53,324 nucleotides of DNA from Macrostomum lignano (lineage: Eukaryota). Below the pieces are notes generated by a model, which was given only the letters and a program-made list of their open reading frames with translations, searched no databases and was not told where the DNA came from. Position numbers and translations under genes: made by a program. Each line of letters starts with the position of its first letter. Position 1 is the first letter of the stretch. The stretch is taken from positions 1 through 53,324 of the forward strand of contig NIVC01003769.1 of NCBI GenBank assembly GCA_002269645.1, given 5' to 3'. Shown here piece by piece: positions 24,094-34,829 of the stretch.

Positions 24094-24280
24094 TATAGTG
24101 TAACGATCATGTTGATATATTTAGTTATTTGTAAATAATATGGTATGATTGATGTCTTCTTAGTATTGTATTAATTTATCTACTATTTCATTAGCGAATT
24201 TTGAAAGTTTTTTAGTCTGTACGGTTGAAATTTGTTTTACGGATATTTCATAGAAATATTGTTTTATTTAAAAACACTAT

Positions 24281-25219
24281 GAGGCTTTTCATATTACCAA
24301 TTCCAGAATCAGAATCGGTTCGGATCTTCCAAGAAAAACAGCAGTATAACTATTTAATTCTGTTGAATGTGTCACGTTTTTGTAGTCGTTGTAGTCCCAA
24401 ATTAAGTCAAACTCGTCGTTGTCAATGTGATTAATGTCAATAGCGTTCTGGGGCACTGGCGGCTGCAACAACGGGTCGATGTAATTGAAGTTATGAAGTC
24501 AAGCAGATGATGAAGGATGATGGTGAAGCAAGTAGCAAGTGATGGCGCTGAGTACGGTGGAGGCAGTGAGTAGCAAGTAGACAAGTAGTGGTGTGATTGG
24601 GCGCTAGCCCGTGGCAGTACAAGGTGGAGCACGAATGCGTAAACAAGTCTGGCCCAGACAGGGTGGGGCCGTGGCGAGAGATAAGGAGAGAGAGGAGGAG
24701 GAGTGAACGAAGGAGAGCGAAAGGAGGCGTGAGAGAGAGAGTGAAAACCCCCAGCCCGCCGCCAGGCGGGGTTAATAAAGGAGCGCAGGAGGGTTAGCAT
24801 AATATATGCGAAGAGTTATCATTGGCTGGCGGGGGAAAAGCGAGAACTGAAATTATTGATCGCGCGAGACCCTACAGACGTACGCAAAGATTACCATGTA
24901 CGCAATGATTAGCAATTGATACAGATTCGTTGGGCGCTACTACAAGTAAACGTGAGAATACACGATTGGAGAATATTAAATGAGAAATTGTAGTCCAACG
25001 GCCCTTTTGCGGGACCACCTTAAACTGACAACGTCACAAATGTTTGACTGCCTTAACAACTTCACTTAGCACAATTTTTCACTTTCTTCTTGGCGATTGT
25101 CATACAATAATAAAAACTTTAATTTATAGCACGTATCTCCCTCTAGTTTAGGAGACACAAAGATATACTTCACAAATTGGTTCTGGTTCGGGAACAAGAA
25201 CAAGCATATGAAAAGGCCC
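24281..25219. mobile_element. MITE family copy 2, interrupted by a solo LTR
   Basis: GAGGCTTTTCATA...TATGAAAAGGCCC; removing 24370-25042 restores colinearity with copy 1. Confidence 0.65.
24370..25038. mobile_element. Solo LTR (669 bp) with 4-bp TSD AATG
   Basis: TGTCACGTT...AACGTCACA termini (TG..CA, imperfect IR); AATG at 24366-24369 and 25039-25042. Confidence 0.8.
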
Positions 25220-25222
25220 ATA

Positions 25223-26742
25223 TGTAGCCGCGTATTCCGGAGTTCGAATTCCCGCCAACTATAGCTATAGAAGACTTCGTTAGTCAAAGAAACTTGATTT
25301 ATTAGCTTGCCAGCTTGCTTGAATTTAGACTTGACCGCACGGGGGGGAGGCAGCTGGTGAATGTGCTGGTGACTGTCAATGTCGTCTCGCCCAACGCAGA
25401 CTGTAGGTTGCCATCCACTGCACGCCTCTTATTCTGATGCTGCTGGGCTGCAGCCGCCGCCTAGCTTTCTTGCATATGTCGTCGCTGATGCAGGACACCT
25501 CTGCCCCGGTGTCGATCAGGCAACGGCGCCGTTGTCTAAGGATGCGCGCTGTGACGAAGCGCACCTGGCCAGGCTGGCAGCTGCTGAGGCGTGGTGTTGA
25601 GGCCGAGTGCGTTAGTGCTGAGAGGGCCGGTGCTGGCCTCGTGAACCAGCCCCCTCGGCGTTTGGGCAATTGCGTCCGATGTGGCCGGGCTGACCGCAGC
25701 CGAAACAGTTGGAACTAGCCGGTGATTGCTGTCGATGCTGGCCTTCACCGCCGAATGCGGTAGGCTGCTGAGGCATTAGTGGTTTCGGTGGCGCTGAAGG
25801 TCGGCTCTGTGGTGGTCTCGGTTGTTGGGGCTGGGTTTCCCCACGGCCGGCATCCATGTAGGCCCGGGTTTCACAAAGCTGCTGGGCGATTCATAGGACC
25901 TGCTCCACAGTGCATGGTGGTGTTGGTTGATTCAGTAGTCGCTCAGTGACGTAGCTGTCATTGAGACCATGCATGAATTGCTCGCTAACTGTCTGTTTGA
26001 CGTAAGCCTGGGGTCCTGAGTCCGGGTATGCCCTTGCAGCCAGCCGTTGAAGCTCGAAGAAGCGCTGCACTCTTGGCCCCGCCGTGACGGGACCGGAGGT
26101 GTTCAACGAGGCTCTCATAGCGGACACCAGGCAGCTGATCCAGGGTTGTTCCGGGTGGCAGTCCGACGTAGGTGCACTGCATCGCCAGCCAGGTGGTGTA
26201 CGTTGCAAAGGCCGGTTCGAATAACGCAGTTAGGGTGTTGATCTTGTCGGCGTCTCGAAGGCCTGGGAACCGGCTAACATAGGCGCTGATCCTGATGAGA
26301 AAGTCATCGAAATCCTCCCGGCCGTTGTACGGTGCAGGCTTAGGTACTGGCGCAAGGGCCGGCCTTGGATTGAGGTCTGGCAATGCTGCGTACCCGTGAG
26401 CTGGAGGACAGGCGTACTGCTGCATTGCTGAAACCTGCCCTGATGCTTGGTCGGTGTCTTGAAGAAACGGGTTGGTTGATACTGCCGCCGAGTGTGCCCT
26501 CTCAAGGTCGTTAACAACGAGGAAAGGATTTGTGGCTTCGCTGACTGCGGACATCGACACGACAGGGTTGGAGGCGTTCGTAGACTCGGTAGAAACTGAT
26601 TCTGAATCGTCGCAGCTGCGTTGTACTGTCGCTCGACGAGACGTCCACGTAGTTCCAGGTAGTCGTCGTTATTAACTATATAACTGCATGAAAAGCTGGC
26701 GTGGTGGCCAAATGTAGCCGCGTATTCCGGAGTTCGAATTCC
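25223..26742 (-). mobile_element. Internally deleted Ty3/Gypsy-type LTR retrotransposon (partial LTRs, gag and protease only)
   Basis: 30-bp LTR-end direct repeat (TGTAGCCGCGTATTCCGGAGTTCGAATTCC at 25223 and 26713). On the minus strand the LTR ends in CA, followed by TT and a TGG PBS-like motif; there is an AATAAA in the 3' LTR remnant. Confidence 0.8.
25376..26560 (-). pseudogene. Frameshifted gag (capsid-like, CCHC knuckle) plus aspartic protease fragment
   Basis: PKPAPYNGREDFDDFL..., EQFMHGL, CFGCGQPGHIGRNC (CX2CX4HX4C) and CLIDTGAEVSCI (DTG), spread over several frames. Confidence 0.8.
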
Positions 26743-26884
26743 TGATTTGTATCCCCCCGTGGGCCTGGTCGGTGGGTGTAAGAAATTGATTTATGGCGCT
26801 TAATTTTCCTGTGAACTGCCCATTAGGCCAGCAAGTACAAGTAGCAGCAGCTACATGTATACTCCCTGCATCCCCCCGTGAGAA

Positions 26885-26903
26885 ATTCCTGGCTACGCCC
26901 CTG
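26885..26903 (-). mobile_element. hAT-type MITE terminus (CAGGGGCGTAGCCAGG on the minus strand)
   Basis: Motif seen; the partner end was not found. Confidence 0.4.
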
Positions 26904-27007
26904 ACCAGGAGCAAAGTAGCCTTGTCAAATAATATTGCGAAGAAGTGACCAAGTATCTTACTATTGGTTTTCTCGTTCTATTTCAGCGAAAGTGCATTCT
27001 TTTTCGT

Positions 27008-29073
27008 CAGTGGTTGGGGGGGGGGAGGGGGGGACAAAGCCAAGAATTCAAAATGTACATGTACAAATTACTAAATTTTGGCACTCATTTTGGCGCCGCA
27101 TTCACTTATTTTAGCGCCGCAGGCATTCCTTTTAGCGCCGCAGGCACTCCTTTTAGTGCCGCAGGCATTTCTTTTAGCGCCGCAGGCACTCCTTTTAGCA
27201 CCGCAGGCACTCCTTTTAGCGCCGCAGGCACTCCTTTTAGCGCCGCAGGCACTCCTTTTAGCGCCGCAGGCACTCCTTTTAGCGCCGCAGGCACTCCTTT
27301 TAGCGCCACAGGCACTCCTTTTAGTGCCGCAGGCATTTCTTTTAGCGCCGCAGGCACTCCTTTTAGCGCCACAGGCACTCATTTTAGCGCCGCAGGCACT
27401 CATTTTAGCGCCGCAGGCACTCCTTTTAGCGCCACAGGCACTCATTTTAGCGCCGCAGGCACTCATTTTAGCGCCGCAGGCACTCATTTTAGCACCGCAG
27501 GCACTCCTTTTAGCGCCGCAGGCACTCCTTTTAGCGCCGCAGGCACTCCTTTTAGCGCCGCAGGCACTCCTTTTAGCGCCGCAGGCACTCCTTTTAGCGC
27601 CACAGGCACTCATTTTAGCGCCGCAGGCACTCATTTTAGCGCCGCAGGCACTCCTTTTAGCGCCGCAGGCACTCATTTTAGCGCCGCAGGCACTCATTTT
27701 AGCGCCGCAGGCACTCATTTTAGCGCCGCAGGCACTCATTTTAGCGCCACAGGCACTCATTTTAGCGCCGCAGGCACTCCTTTTAGCGCCGCAGGCACTC
27801 ATTTTAGCGCCGCAGGCACTCCTTTTAGTGCCGCAGGCACTCCTTTTAGCGCCGCAGGCACTCATTTTAGCGCCGCAGGCACTCATTTTAGCGCCGCAGG
27901 CACTCATTTTAGCACCGCAGGCACTCCTTTTAGCGCCGCAGGCACTCATTTTAGCGCCGCAGGCACTCCTTTTAGCGCCGCAGGCACTCCTTTTAGCGCC
28001 GCAGGCACTCCTTTTAGCGCCGCAGGCACTCCTTTTAGCGCCGCAGGCACTCCTTTTAGCGCCACAGGCACTCATTTTAGCGCCGCAGGCACTCCTTTTA
28101 GCGCCGCAGGCACTCATTTTAGCGCCGCAGGCACTCATTTTAGCGCCGCAGGCACTCATTTTAGCACCGCAGGCACTCCTTTTAGCGCCGCAGGCACTCA
28201 TTTTAGCGCCGCAGGCACTCCTTTTAGCGCCGCAGGCACTCCTTTTAGCGCCGCAGGCACTCCTTTTAGCGCCACAGGCACTCATTTTAGCGCCGCAGGC
28301 ACTCCTTTTAGCGCCGCAGGCACTCCTTTTAGCGCCGCAGGCACTCATTTTAGCGCCGCAGGCACTCATTTTAGCGCCGCAGGCACTCATTTTAGCGCCG
28401 CAGGCACTCATTTTAGCGCCACAGGCACTCATTTTAGCGCCGCAGGCACTCCTTTTAGCGCCGCAGGCACTCATTTTAGCGCCGCAGGCACTCCTTTTAG
28501 CGCCGCAGGCACTCATTTTAGCGCCGCAGGCACTCATTTTAGCGCCGCAGGCACTCATTTTAGCGCCGCAGGCACTCATTTTAGCACCGCAGGCACTCCT
28601 TTTAGCGCCGCAGGCACTCCTTTTAGCGCCGCAGGCACTCCTTTTAGCGCCGCAGGCACTCGTTTTAGCGCCGCAGGCACTCATTTTAGCGCCGCAGGCA
28701 CTCCTTTTAGCGCCACAGGCACTCATTTTAGCGCCGCAGGCACTCATTTTAGCGCCGCAGGCACTCGTTTTAGCGCCGCAGGCACTCATTTTAGCGCCGC
28801 AGGCACTCCTTTTAGCGCCACAGGCACTCATTTTAGCGCCGCAAGCACTCCTTTTAGCGCCGCAGGCACTCATTTTAGCGCCGCAGGCACTCCTTTTAGC
28901 GCCGCAGGCACTCCTTTTAGCGCCGCAGGCGCTATATTTTGGCGCCCTGAAAAAAATTATTGATTACCACAAAGACTCACAAGGTGGGGTTGGGGGGGGA
29001 CAAAGCATTGGCATGTCCCCCCCAGAGCTTTTACTGGGGGGACATGTCCCTCCCCCCGGTGGCGACGCGCCTG
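27008..29073. mobile_element. hAT-like MITE carrying an expanded internal minisatellite
   Basis: GGGGGGGACAAAGC motif on both sides of the array and a 3' terminus GGCGACGCGCCTG. The 5' region resembles the CAGGGGCGTCTGCC...GGACAAAGCC element at 52645. The 5' TIR is missing. Confidence 0.5.
27085..28935. repeat. Highly homogeneous 21-bp minisatellite, about 87 copies
   Basis: Unit TTTAGCGCCGCAGGCACTC(C/A)T with few variant positions. Confidence 0.98.
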
Positions 29074-29291
29074 CATGAGATGATCGATATTATATGCACA
29101 CAGCAGGCTAACGGATAGCTGACGGATGGTGAATTGGATTGATGATTGACACATGGATGCGATCGACATGGATGGTGAATTGGATTGATGATTGACATTG
29201 GAGGCATCCCAATTAAAAATATTTTAATATTTTTGTCCTGTTTCAGTGGCATCACTTGACGAGTTTAGATAAGCGATGAGAGATAAATTGC

Positions 29292-29364
29292 ATGCCTGCT
29301 AAACAAGATCAGGACTGCGAGACTGAAGATCCCTTTCGAGAACAGGACCTGCCCAAAGTGCCAT
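29292..29364 (+). CDS. Unknown ~983-aa protein, putative coding exon 1
   Basis: Follows acceptor tttcag at 29246. Reads MPAKQDQDCETEDPFREQDLPKVP then a phase-1 donor T|gtgggt, compatible with the next exon. Confidence 0.45.
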
Positions 29365-29913
29365 GTGGGTGGAAGCGAAGCTCTGCACTTTCTGTTTAAG
29401 TTTAGTTGAAACTTTACGAGTCGTCGTATATGCTCGATCCTGTGGCCGATTAAAAAGTTAATTTAAAAACTAACTGAGTATCCTAAAAATGATTGTCTCT
29501 ATCTAGGCATCTACTTATGTATCTATGTGATTAACCTATTCGAAATCGGCTCAAGCGATTTTCATTAAACAATTGCACCGTTAGATTTAAGACATTTTCC
29601 GGAAACGGTTACGTACCGTCGCACCCTCAGCAATCAGTTCCCTCGCCATCATGTGCATGTAATAATAAAATAATAATAACTCTCTAAACCTATCGAGTTA
29701 GAAACAGTAATCTGCGTGCAAATTTTAAAAGCTTACTTTGTTGTGACGAAGAATCCTCAGCTCACATCATGGCAGCTGAATTACAAAGTTTTGTTTATGG
29801 CCAGCATTGAGAAGTCTCGGGACAGGTTCGAGTTTTGCTTTATTGCAACGCGGCAAAGAACCAAAATAAATTCTAAGCAAGATAATAACGCTGGGTAACG
29901 GAGGCTTGGATAG

Positions 29914-30377
29914 CTGCGACTGGATTCGTTGAATTTGCTGCTATGGAAGACGCTCGGACGGGACCGTTGCCAAGCTCGAATTCGGGTTACTCGAGCTCCT
30001 ATTCGAGGTCGCACGGTCGTCGCCGGGAGAGGCAGTTCGATGCGGCATCGTTGGAGTCGCCACAGCTGCAGCAGGAGCAGGAAGCGGATGCCAGATCCTA
30101 CGGTACCAGCAATCGGAGGTCGAAGTCTGGACTGCGTGCTCTGCAGGAGCTGGTGTCGGACGCCAGGACGATGAACTGCGATGCAGCTGGCTCTCCGTTG
30201 CCCAGCCGGCTACCGAAACCGCTGACGCAGAAACTGCCGAGGCATCAGCAGCAGAGGGCCAGCCATACTGAGGATGACTTTGCCAAGTATCTGGGATTCG
30301 CCGACGCAGAAGGTTCGACTGACGATGGAAACCGGTCAAGACGGCAGCGTTCGACTCAGAATCAGTCGTCAATGGTG
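29914..30377 (+). CDS. Unknown protein, exon 2 (S/R/Q-rich, probably disordered)
   Basis: tag|CT phase-1 acceptor (weak pyrimidine tract); GC-rich open frame (ORF 29943-30404); donor GTG|gtgagt phase 0. Confidence 0.65.
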
Positions 30378-30682
30378 GTGAGTCTGTCTGCGTGTACTTT
30401 TTAGCTGTTGACACCGGTGATGTCGAGACCTAATTAAAAAGACGTTGGATCAATGCTAAATGTCTGCATGAATTAAAAAAGCAATAGAATCTGGCGGAAT
30501 AGGTTTGAAGTTTGATGTCACGTGACCGAAGGAAATTGCGTCAGTAAACCTTGAGTAAACATTGAAATTCTACTAAACATCTGAAATTCTACTAAATATC
30601 TAATAATCCGCAAACGTTTTAAACTGGTATTGTTCATCTGATATCCTCATGTTATATAGATAGGTTAACTGTTTAGCTATGT

Positions 30683-31022
30683 CCCCGTACAACAATCCGA
30701 CGTCGCACCGACCTCTGAACCGACGTCGTACGACGTCTATGTAACATTACGTGTTTCCTATTGGTCGGACGTCGGGCCGACGTCGAAGTCGTAGTCCAAA
30801 AATTTATTTCGCGCTTCTTTAACATTTATTTTCGCGGGATGAACTGGCAAGCAATACTGTTATGCTTAATTTAATTATTTAAGGCGAATAACGTGAATTA
30901 AGGCGAATTTAATTTTTCGACTACGACTTCGACGTCAGCCCGACGTCCGACCAATAGGAAACACGTAATGTTACATAGACGTCGTACGACGTCGGTCAGA
31001 TACGTCGGATTGTTGTTCGGGG
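30683..31022. mobile_element. Foldback-type MITE with ~125-bp terminal inverted repeats, in intron 2
   Basis: CCCCG(T/A)ACAACAATCCGACGT...GACGTCGAAGTCGTAGTC mirrored at the other end; no TSD found. Confidence 0.75.
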
Positions 31023-31282
31023 TCCCTTTCTGGCTCGAATTTAAAGTTAATTCGATCTTAACAAAACGAGCTTCACTCAAATCTGAGCTATCAAATATAT
31101 ATGTCTCAACACCAAGTAACGCAGGTAGATAGGTAGCTTCGACTCGACATCATTGGACATTAAATTTAAAACAGGACAGGTTAAAAATGACATTCCCAAC
31201 TATCGAACAACCCCAAATATGAATCGACGGTCAACAGTCAAGATTATCTGTATAGTTGCTACGCGATAAAAATGTTTGACAG

Positions 31283-31349
31283 GACCGGCTCAGCTGTGCC
31301 GATGGCGACAGCGGCGGCCTGGAAGGTCCCACGCGCCGACACCAAGTCA

Positions 31350-31422
<73 letters not shown>

Positions 31423-31741
31423 CCAGCACCAGCACCAGCAGCAACTGTTTCTGGCACCATCAACTTCAGCCCATCTTTCAGAAGAAGACTTTGCTGAGGA
31501 AGAGAAGCTTTGCCAGCTGGTTGGCTCAATGCTGGACCAAGCGGCCAGGGTGGAGCAGCAGAGCTGTCTGTACCGGGGTCAGCGGGCCAACCTCTGGGAC
31601 GCCGAAGCGATCGCGGCATCGATGTATCCGTTTGTCAACGAATTCGGTGACAGAGTGTTTCGGCTGCAATTTCGAACCGCGTTTCCCTTTAACCAGCCGG
31701 AGATGCTCGAGATGTTTAACCTGCTGTCCGGGAACTTCTCT
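31283..31741 (+). CDS. Unknown protein, exon 3 (polyQ + globular segment)
   Basis: tttgacag|GAC phase 0. Reads DRLSCADG...polyQ...EEKLCQLVGSMLDQ...FNLLSGNFS; donor TCT|gtgaga, with an alternative donor possible. Confidence 0.7.
31352..31445 (+). repeat. (CAG/CAC)n polyQ/H tract
   Basis: Seen directly. Confidence 0.95.
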
Positions 31742-31981
31742 GTGAGAAGCTTGCATAATTTGGGTCGGTTTTTATTTGTATATACTACTGCTTGTCAGTA
31801 GCCTTCATATCGTTCGGCGCGTGCGCTCATAAAAATTGTGCGCAAAACAAACTCAACGCGGTGACTCCATGGGTGCTTGAAATTTCTATCTGTACTTGTG
31901 ATTTTGTTCCCTTCAATCAGCTTCCTTCATCAAAAATAAGCATCAAATTCAGCTAACAACTCCCGTTCACCCGGCCTGCAG

Positions 31982-33937
31982 TCAGGTAGCGACACGGAGC
32001 TGCTGCTGCGTCAGGGCCTCAGCGACCTGCGGTCGATCCACCTGCAGATGCGGCTGTTCCTGCACACCGAGGCCGCCCTTGCCGAGGTTGATGACGCGGC
32101 TCTGTCCAGCCTGCTGCTGGCATTCGCCGAGCAGGTGGACCGAGACCTCCGCTCCGTGTCGGCCGGGCCCGGCTGCGGTCAGTTCCCCAGCTTCTCCAAG
32201 TATGCCCGTCGACGAGCCGCGGCGCTGGCGGCTGCGGTTGGTCGCTTCGCCCAGACGGCCGAGCGGAGGCGCCGGCTGGTGCTTGGCCGGATGCGAGGCC
32301 TGGCAACCACCGTCATGGGCTTCGTGGCCTGCAGCCCCAGCGACGGAGTGGCCGATGGCGGCCTACGCAAGGCGGTGGTCGCCTTGTTCGACGACATGCT
32401 GGCCTGCTTTGCGTGCCTCGGCAGCAGCTCCGGAGCGGCTGCTGGAAGCGGCGGCGGTGGAGGCGGCGGCTGCGAGTCCAGACCGGCCAGTCCGCCACTG
32501 CCTGTGGAAAGGCTGAGCTATGACGATGGCGACCACTGCACCAGGGGCTTCGGTCGAGGCGACGCTCCGTCTCTGCAGCCGCTGCCCTCCCTGATGGAGC
32601 CGCATGACGAAGAGGCGCCTTCAATTGAGCCTGTTTCGGAGAACGAAGGCGCTGACGACGAGGACCTCCGCGACCACAGCTGGGGCGCTCGCGGAGTCGG
32701 TGCTGGCGAACACAGCCCTGGAGTGGCCATCGAGTCCGCTAGCGACTCTTTGCTTCAACCAGAAGAGGCCTTTTCGATTCAGTTCATGGAGCGACTGGAG
32801 GGTTTGCTGTCCAGCTTTATGCACAACGAGCGCGTTGACAACCAGGGCTTCAAGACGGCCTTCAATGCGCTGTACGACTGGTGGCGTCGGTACAGCGGCG
32901 ACGGCGGCGCGAATCGCAGCTGGGAGCGCCGGGTGACGACCATCAAAGAGAAGTTCGACCGAGCTCAGAAGCTGCGAGCCGAGAGCAACGGTGTGAAGCG
33001 TTTGTACAGCGAGTCGGAGACCACCTGGGATCTCATTGAAGTGGCCAAGCTGATGATGGCCTCCGAGGATCGAACAACTTTTCTAGTCGAAACGCAGACG
33101 GCAGCGGAGCATCGGGAGCCGACGCTGAGCCTCGTAGACTCGACGCTCGCCACGCTGTACCTCTACCAGCTGGCGCAGGACGCCAGCGTGCTGTCTACGC
33201 GACTGCGCGCCGAAATTCAGCGCCTGATTCACCGGCTGACGGACTGCGGCCCCGTGCCGATGCTCTGCCTGCTGCGCCTGCGCCTCCTGTACATGCGTGC
33301 TCGGCAGTACTCTGACCTGCTGCGCGCTCATCCTCAGGGCTGCCTCATCCTTGAGCTAGCTCAGGTCCATCGAGTGCTTAACCGAGACGCCTATCCTGAC
33401 GGTGTCATTACCTGCCCGCTCAACTTGACTTTTTGCGTGCCGCTCAACGACTACAAGAAGTTCTGCCAGCACGTCAAAGAGCTGCGCGTTCTATCGTTCG
33501 AAGCTCGCGCCCCGGTGACGGAGAAAACCGCTACTCTGATGAAGACCAGCAGCCTGAGGAAGATTGAAAGATGCTGTCAGTGCAGCATCGACGTCCTGCC
33601 GCCAACCGGCTCCGGGGCCGCCTCGGACGCGGCCACCTGCGGCGCCACCGCCAGTTCGCCATCGGCCGAGACCGCCCTGACGGCCGGCACCAGACGCAAG
33701 CCGCAGCTCATCGTTGGCGGACTTCGCCCAAGCTTCGGCCTGGTGGTTCGGCCGGATCAAAGCCACGGCCGGGCCAATGCAGCAATGCGGATGATTTGCG
33801 ACATTGTGGGGCCGGCTGGCATCGGCGACCGAGTGAAGTACCGCAGCTTCCACCTGAGCCTGCTGCTTCCTCACAACTACAAACCGCTGCAGGTGTTTGC
33901 CGAGACGTCAAGGCCGCTTGCATGTAGCGACTCGTGA
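31982..33937 (+). CDS. Unknown protein, large terminal exon (~651 aa, largely helical)
   Basis: ctgcag|TCA phase 0; uninterrupted non-repetitive GC-rich ORF including 32048-33937. Confidence 0.85.
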   Translation, partial: SGSDTELLLRQGLSDLRSIHLQMRLFLHTEAALAEVDDAALSSLLLAFAEQVDRDLRSVSAGPGCGQFPSFSKYARRRAAALAAAVGRFAQTAERRRRLVLGRMRGLATTVMGFVACSPSDGVADGGLRKAVVALFDDMLACFACLGSSSGAAAGSGGGGGGGCESRPASPPLPVERLSYDDGDHCTRGFGRGDAPSLQPLPSLMEPHDEEAPSIEPVSENEGADDEDLRDHSWGARGVGAGEHSPGVAIESASDSLLQPEEAFSIQFMERLEGLLSSFMHNERVDNQGFKTAFNALYDWWRRYSGDGGANRSWERRVTTIKEKFDRAQKLRAESNGVKRLYSESETTWDLIEVAKLMMASEDRTTFLVETQTAAEHREPTLSLVDSTLATLYLYQLAQDASVLSTRLRAEIQRLIHRLTDCGPVPMLCLLRLRLLYMRARQYSDLLRAHPQGCLILELAQVHRVLNRDAYPDGVITCPLNLTFCVPLNDYKKFCQHVKELRVLSFEARAPVTEKTATLMKTSSLRKIERCCQCSIDVLPPTGSGAASDAATCGATASSPSAETALTAGTRRKPQLIVGGLRPSFGLVVRPDQSHGRANAAMRMICDIVGPAGIGDRVKYRSFHLSLLLPHNYKPLQVFAETSRPLACSDS

Positions 33938-34829
33938 GCCGTCTGTCCGAGTTCCAGCCCGCGTTATTGAACTTTTCCTATCATTAATATTATTATTATT
34001 ATTATTTCGTACCTTTTTCAATTTCGTATTCGCTTCAAAGGTCGACATAGCTAAGTACTACACAAGCAGGATGTCGCAGAAGTATAACAGTTCAACTTTA
34101 AACCGTAACAACATTTTGACCAATACAGTACAGGAGTACAGGCACAAATATTTTTACTATGTTAGCGTACACAAAATAGTCAACCTCCGAGGCTTCTATT
34201 TTTAGTAAAAAGTTACTTTTTACTGTAACCAGGTGCCATGGCTGCCCGCGGCACCATATTTTAGAAAAGTGTATCGTCAACTTTTTTTCTCGATATTTTG
34301 CTCTACCTGTTAAGCATTTCGAATAGATTTTTTAGTTAAATTTGCTTGTACCAGCTGTCGTTTTGAGTGACACCCGTCAATAATAAGCGTGTAAGTCAGC
34401 TTACTATAGTTAGCGCGGTTATTATTTAAGTCAAGACTTCTGCTGTCTCATGGTTTCTGGCTCTGTCTTGGGACTGTAAGGCAGGCATGCGCTAGAACGA
34501 AACGGTCTTGCAAACTGCTATGACGCACAGGATAGATTCTATATATTTAGGGGTCGCGCAAGACTGCGACAATCCACCTAATATATCCGATGGGATGCAC
34601 ATTGCAATGCATTACTAAACGTACACAATCACACTCATAGGCAAGCAGTGTTACACTTCACAGGACAAAACTCCCCCTAAATCGAACCGAATTAGTGACT
34701 AAAATTCGAGTAGCAAAAATTCGAGTACAAAACATTACAATTCAAACGAAACCACAGTATGACTCACACAAAATTGAACATTGGCAAATTAAAAGACACG
34801 AAAATAGACTTAAAACTGGGCCACATAGA

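Noticed and set aside
27085-28935. CRISPR-like regular array
   Set aside because: There are no unique spacers, only head-to-tail repeats, and the context is eukaryotic
26945-29078. 600-672-aa ORFs on both strands (FSAAGTP etc.)
   Set aside because: 21-bp minisatellite open in multiple frames, inside a MITE-like element
34349-34653. Possible short LTR (TGACACC...TGTTACA)
   Set aside because: No TSD and no second copy
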